DNA from: Lachnospiraceae bacterium
GTDB lineage: Bacteria > Bacillota > Clostridia > Lachnospirales > Lachnospiraceae
Length of the DNA stretch: 64,000 nucleotides
Assembly (NCBI GenBank): GCA_029054245.1
Contig: JAIDFQ010000004.1
Span: 127,662-191,661, forward strand
Reading direction: 5' to 3'
The position numbers and the translations under genes were made by a program. Every line of letters begins with the position of its first letter. Positions within the stretch are counted from its first letter, which is position 1. Below the pieces are notes generated by a model that had not been told where the DNA came from, made no database searches, and worked only from the letters and a program-made list of their open reading frames with translations. Positions 60,529 to 64,000 of this stretch are shown here, one piece after another.

Positions 60529-60633
60529 ATCCTCCTTTTTACGGGAAATGTCCTCCTATGCTGTCCTGAATCACAGTCCCGCATGAATTGAAATTTATTG
60601 ACATTTCCTCTTAACTAAAGTTATAAAAATGAG

Positions 60634-60672
60634 GTGAAATTGGCGTGAAACCGCCGTGAAATCGATGTGAAA
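60634..60672. promoter_or_regulatory. Four GTGAAA direct repeats at 11-bp spacing (probable OmpR-family operator)
   Basis: GTGAAA at 60634, 60645, 60656 and 60667; a TATAAC -10 lies 8 nt downstream on the minus strand. Confidence 0.7.
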
Positions 60673-60702
60673 TCTGCCCATGCATAGAAAGCATGAGCAA
60701 AA

Positions 60703-61791
60703 CTATTTTACAATTGGAATAGAAAAATAAAACAAAACGCCGTCAGGCATGTTTTCCACGCCATATTTCAGATCCTGCATAGATAAAATCTGTGCTACAA
60801 TGGCAAGTCCCAGACCGGAACCGCTGTATTCAGAACGTCTGCCACGATAGAATTTCGTCCAGATTTTTGATAGGGCTTCCTGCGGAATCGGCTCTCCCTG
60901 GTTAAAGACGGTAAAATGCAGGCTGCCGGCGTTTTCTATCAAAGATATTTTTAATATACCTCCCGGCTTTACATTTCTCTTAGCATTGATGATCAGGTTA
61001 TCTAACACCTGCTCCATACGGCTTTTATCGGTATAAACATACACCTTATGTTCAGGAATCTCATATTGCAACTCAAAATCTGCATCCGGCGTATCTATCA
61101 AGAGCCGTCCGGCAACCGTTTCCAAAAATTCTACACAATCGAACCGTTCCGGTAAAAGCCTTGATGCACCGTTTTCCAGTGCAGACAAATCCAAAAGTGT
61201 CGTAATCAGATTGCCCATGCGCTCGGTCTCCTCTATGATAATTGAAGAATACTTTTGTTTTTTGCTTTCATCTGTCTCATCCTGTAAGCCCTCGGCATAA
61301 GCGCGAATCACCCCTAAAGGTGTCTTCATCTCATGGGAAAGGTGATCTACCAGCTCTTTACGTTCAGCCAGCAGCCGCTTCTCCTGCTCCACCTCTTTTT
61401 CAAGCTGGATATTTGCTGCCTTGAGCTTTGCAATCGCCTGCTGCAGATTTTCGGCCATGATGTCAAGACTTACAGACAGCTCCCCAAATTCATCGTTGGA
61501 AGAAATGACGCAGGGCTTGGCAAAATCCAGCTTCGCCATCCGGCGCGCTGCCTGATTTAGCTTGGAAATGGGCTTAGAAATAAAGCGCCCCATCAGCACA
61601 TCCACCAGCAGAACAATTGCCGTCACCAAAAGCATCCATAGAATAAAAGAAAGATCAGCCCCGATCTCCATCTGTACCGAAAGAATATACGAAAGAATCA
61701 GCAGAATGCCAGCCAGCTTTGAAATCATCAATATTTTTTTACGGACAGTGCGGATTGTAAAACTGTCTCTCAATTTTCTGCCTGTTTTCAT
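60703..61791 (-). CDS. Sensor histidine kinase (2 closely spaced TMs, HAMP, HisKA, HATPase)
   Basis: SHEMKTPL H-box, NLIINA N-box, GSGLGLAI G-box; ATGA-coupled to the response regulator. Confidence 0.92.
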   Translation of the reverse strand: MKTGRKLRDSFTIRTVRKKILMISKLAGILLILSYILSVQMEIGADLSFILWMLLVTAIVLLVDVLMGRFISKPISKLNQAARRMAKLDFAKPCVISSNDEFGELSVSLDIMAENLQQAIAKLKAANIQLEKEVEQEKRLLAERKELVDHLSHEMKTPLGVIRAYAEGLQDETDESKKQKYSSIIIEETERMGNLITTLLDLSALENGASRLLPERFDCVEFLETVAGRLLIDTPDADFELQYEIPEHKVYVYTDKSRMEQVLDNLIINAKRNVKPGGILKISLIENAGSLHFTVFNQGEPIPQEALSKIWTKFYRGRRSEYSGSGLGLAIVAQILSMQDLKYGVENMPDGVLFYFSIPIVK

Positions 61792-62456
61792 GCCGTCACC
61801 TCGAATTTGTAGCCTGAACGAATCAATGTCACAATACACTTTGCCTCATCCCCCAACTTTGACCTCAATGTTTTGATATGAGTATCCACCGTCCTTGTAG
61901 TCCCTAAAAAGTCATAGCCCCAGATTCGATTGAGAAGCTGATCTCTGCTGAACACTTGTCCGGGATTCATCATAAAGAAATAAAGCAGTTCGTATTCCTT
62001 ATGCGTCAGGGTGATTTCCTCTCCTTCCAAAAAGACCCTGTGAGAAGATGGAATAATGGAAATTTTTCCTGCATGCAGGGCATCCGCCGGTGGGGCAGAT
62101 GTACGGCGCAGCAAAGCGTTGGTTTTTGCCAGCAATACCTTGGGGCTGAAAGGTTTGGTCATATAATCATCGGCGCCCAGATCATATCCCTTCAGTTTAT
62201 CATCCTCGCCGCTTTTGGCAGTCAATATGATAATGGGAAGACTGCTTACCTCCCTTGCTATCCTGCAAACGGAAAAACCGTCAAGCCGCGGCATCATGAC
62301 ATCCAGTATCATCAAATCCATAGGATTATTTTTCAACAGCATCAGCGCATCCACGCCGTCATCAGCCATAAAGCAGCTATGACCGCCCCGCTGCATATAC
62401 GCCGCGATAATATCCTGCATATTTTTTTCATCCTCAACAATCAAAATGTTTGCCAC
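61788..62456 (-). CDS. OmpR-family response regulator
   Basis: ILIVEDE, LDVMMP, GADDYMTKPF, winged helix RTVDTHIKTLRSKL. Confidence 0.94.
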   Translation of the reverse strand: MANILIVEDEKNMQDIIAAYMQRGGHSCFMADDGVDALMLLKNNPMDLMILDVMMPRLDGFSVCRIAREVSSLPIIILTAKSGEDDKLKGYDLGADDYMTKPFSPKVLLAKTNALLRRTSAPPADALHAGKISIIPSSHRVFLEGEEITLTHKEYELLYFFMMNPGQVFSRDQLLNRIWGYDFLGTTRTVDTHIKTLRSKLGDEAKCIVTLIRSGYKFEVTA

Positions 62457-62485
62457 AATATCTTCCTCTTTTTCAAGTACTATTC

Positions 62486-63295
62486 TTAGTCAAGCCTCTT
62501 AGCCACCACAACAAATCTTCCATCATCCACATGATATGCACAGGTGGATAAGGTCAGAAAAGTGTCCCCGTATGAAGCTTCCACCCCTGTGTCATACAAA
62601 GATAATTTTTTTATGTTTTCATAATATGTCACGAATTCTTCCTGCGTTTCCGCCTCATAAAAATCGTAATACTTAAAGATATTCTCCTCTTTTTCATAAA
62701 CCTGTGAAAAGAACACCGCTATGATTTCATACGAACGCTCCTCATAAAGGGTATCAAAAGAAATAAAAGGGTGCTCCTTCCAGAAATCCTTTTGTTGATA
62801 AAAATCAAGCTCCCCAAACATGGCGCCATCCTTCATATTATGACCATATATAACGAAATTTGCGCCGGGCGTATCTACATCCGCTATATCTTTTACAAAT
62901 AGGCAGCCGTATTTATCCTCATCTCCATAAAAATTATGATGCAGGTAATACTCGTTATCCATACCACGCACAACAGGATAATCTATTTTTGTCCCTTCAA
63001 TGGCAAGCCATCCGACCATATCCTTATTTTGCTCATATAGTGCGGCATACCTCGCAAGCAATGCAGGCGCTTCTTCCTCCTGCTTCAAACCTTCTATGTC
63101 TGACTCTTCCTCTATCTGCAGGTCTTTTTCTTCTGTCTGCGCCAAATCCGCTGTTTCTGAAAATTCCTCTAATTCTTTTTGCTGTGCCCTATGCCGTAAT
63201 GATAAATAGTATGCCCGACCGATTTGAATCAGGCATACTATTATAATTGCGAGAAGCACCATTCTGATGAATTGGTTTCTTCCTTTACTTTCCAT
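62486..63295 (-). CDS. srtB: Class B sortase
   Basis: YGHNMKDG, TLSTC catalytic Cys, GRFVVVA Arg; FISFDTLY segment typical of SrtB. Confidence 0.9.
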   Translation of the reverse strand: MESKGRNQFIRMVLLAIIIVCLIQIGRAYYLSLRHRAQQKELEEFSETADLAQTEEKDLQIEEESDIEGLKQEEEAPALLARYAALYEQNKDMVGWLAIEGTKIDYPVVRGMDNEYYLHHNFYGDEDKYGCLFVKDIADVDTPGANFVIYGHNMKDGAMFGELDFYQQKDFWKEHPFISFDTLYEERSYEIIAVFFSQVYEKEENIFKYYDFYEAETQEEFVTYYENIKKLSLYDTGVEASYGDTFLTLSTCAYHVDDGRFVVVAKRLD

Positions 63296-64000
63296 AAACC
63301 GCTTTCCACCCTACTACTGCTTTTTTGCCGATACTGTGATAGTACACCAAAAGCAGGAAAATTGCTGCCAGTGCCAGCCCAGTGCGGATGTATCCCCCCT
63401 GTCTGCTCCACTGAATGATCTTTGTGATCAGTTCTCTTTTTTCTGCTTCCGTCATGCCACGCTTGCCATCGTCAAAGTATGATAACAGATACAGCAGCCC
63501 TGCAATCATGGCTATGGTTGCGTACACTTCCACTGCTGTGCCGTCTCCGGTCTTCGGCTCTGTTTCACCGCCGGATACCTCGTTCTGCCCGACATTTCCA
63601 CCGTTTGCCAAGACAGGTGCTGGGGCGCTTTCATTGAAAGCTTCTGCTGCTTCCGCATTTTCGTTATTCTGGGCGCCGACGTTGTCGTTTCCTGATTCAC
63701 CAGCGTTGCTGCCTAGGTTTTCTCCACCTTGATTATTTCCGTCTCCGCCTTGGTTTTCTCCGTTTCCGCCTTGGTTATTTCCATCTCCGCCTTGGTTATT
63801 TCCGTTACCGCCTTGGTTATTTCCGTCTCCGCCTTGGTTATTTCCGTTACCGCCTTGGTTATTTCCGTCTCCGCCTTGGTTTTCTCCGCCGCCCTGATTA
63901 TCATCATTGCCGCTTCCAGTCGCTGGAAGGATCTCCGTCCTCTCATGCCCGCATACGATGCATTGATATTTTTTTTCACCTGCCTCCGTCTCTGTCGGCT
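63285..64000 (-). CDS. C-terminal part of a large cell-surface protein (probable sortase substrate); continues beyond the right edge
   Basis: The frame is open from 63998 to the TAA at 63285: PTETEAGEKKYQCIVCGHERTEILPATG, Gly/Asn/Gln repeats, EPKTGD, TM, extended tail. The track shows only the last 108 aa. Confidence 0.85.
   Translation of the reverse strand, partial: PTETEAGEKKYQCIVCGHERTEILPATGSGNDDNQGGGENQGGDGNNQGGNGNNQGGDGNNQGGNGNNQGGDGNNQGGNGENQGGDGNNQGGENLGSNAGESGNDNVGAQNNENAEAAEAFNESAPAPVLANGGNVGQNEVSGGETEPKTGDGTAVEVYATIAMIAGLLYLLSYFDDGKRGMTEAEKRELITKIIQWSRQGGYIRTGLALAAIFLLLVYYHSIGKKAVVGWKAVYGK
63718..63895. repeat. Intragenic 21-bp tandem repeat encoding GG(D/N)G(N/E)NQ x7
   Basis: Repeated ccgccttggttatttccgt words with a 21-nt period. 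Confidence 0.92.

Noticed and set aside
60541-60605. 21-aa leader ORF (MSINFNSCGTVIQDSIGGHFP) upstream of the 52-aa peptide
   Set aside because: The GAGGA is only 1 nt from the ATG and there is no other support.
63713-63979. 88-aa ORF with KAETEIT repeats
   Set aside because: It is an alternative reading of the 21-bp repeat; the frame continuous with the PKTG sorting signal is the real one.

Overview
64 kb of chromosomal DNA, mostly minus-strand, from a spore-forming Clostridia-class Firmicute that looks Lachnospiraceae-like (inferred from the spoIIAA-spoIIAB-sigF operon, SASP gene, T-box, TPP riboswitch, CIRCE and class B sortase). Core content: sbcCD, spoIIA, folC, valS with its T-box, truA, ytvI, the tig-clpP-clpX-lon-engB cluster, greA, malQ with a LacI regulator, thiT with a TPP riboswitch, malic enzyme, rarA, a D,D-carboxypeptidase, clpB, a two-component system next to an ABC exporter, and srtB with a partial substrate. 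I saw no rRNA, tRNA, CRISPR-cas, prophage or intact IS. The most unusual observations are: (1) an 18-bp intergenic module GCGTTTGGTNCAATAAGC at three distant loci, always as direct copies around a variable self-complementary spacer and always just after a stop codon; (2) a membrane-anchored peptidoglycan hydrolase with a long Pro/Thr stalk and an H-A-S motif resembling GAIN/ZU5/Nup98 autoproteolysis sites; (3) a sortase-B substrate whose PKTG signal is followed by a two-helix tail; (4) an HK/RR pair, a four-box 11-bp-phased operator, an unannotated 52-aa Trp-rich peptide and an ABC exporter forming one module; (5) a CIRCE overlapping the clpB promoter. All product calls come from motif recognition by eye; no database searches were run.
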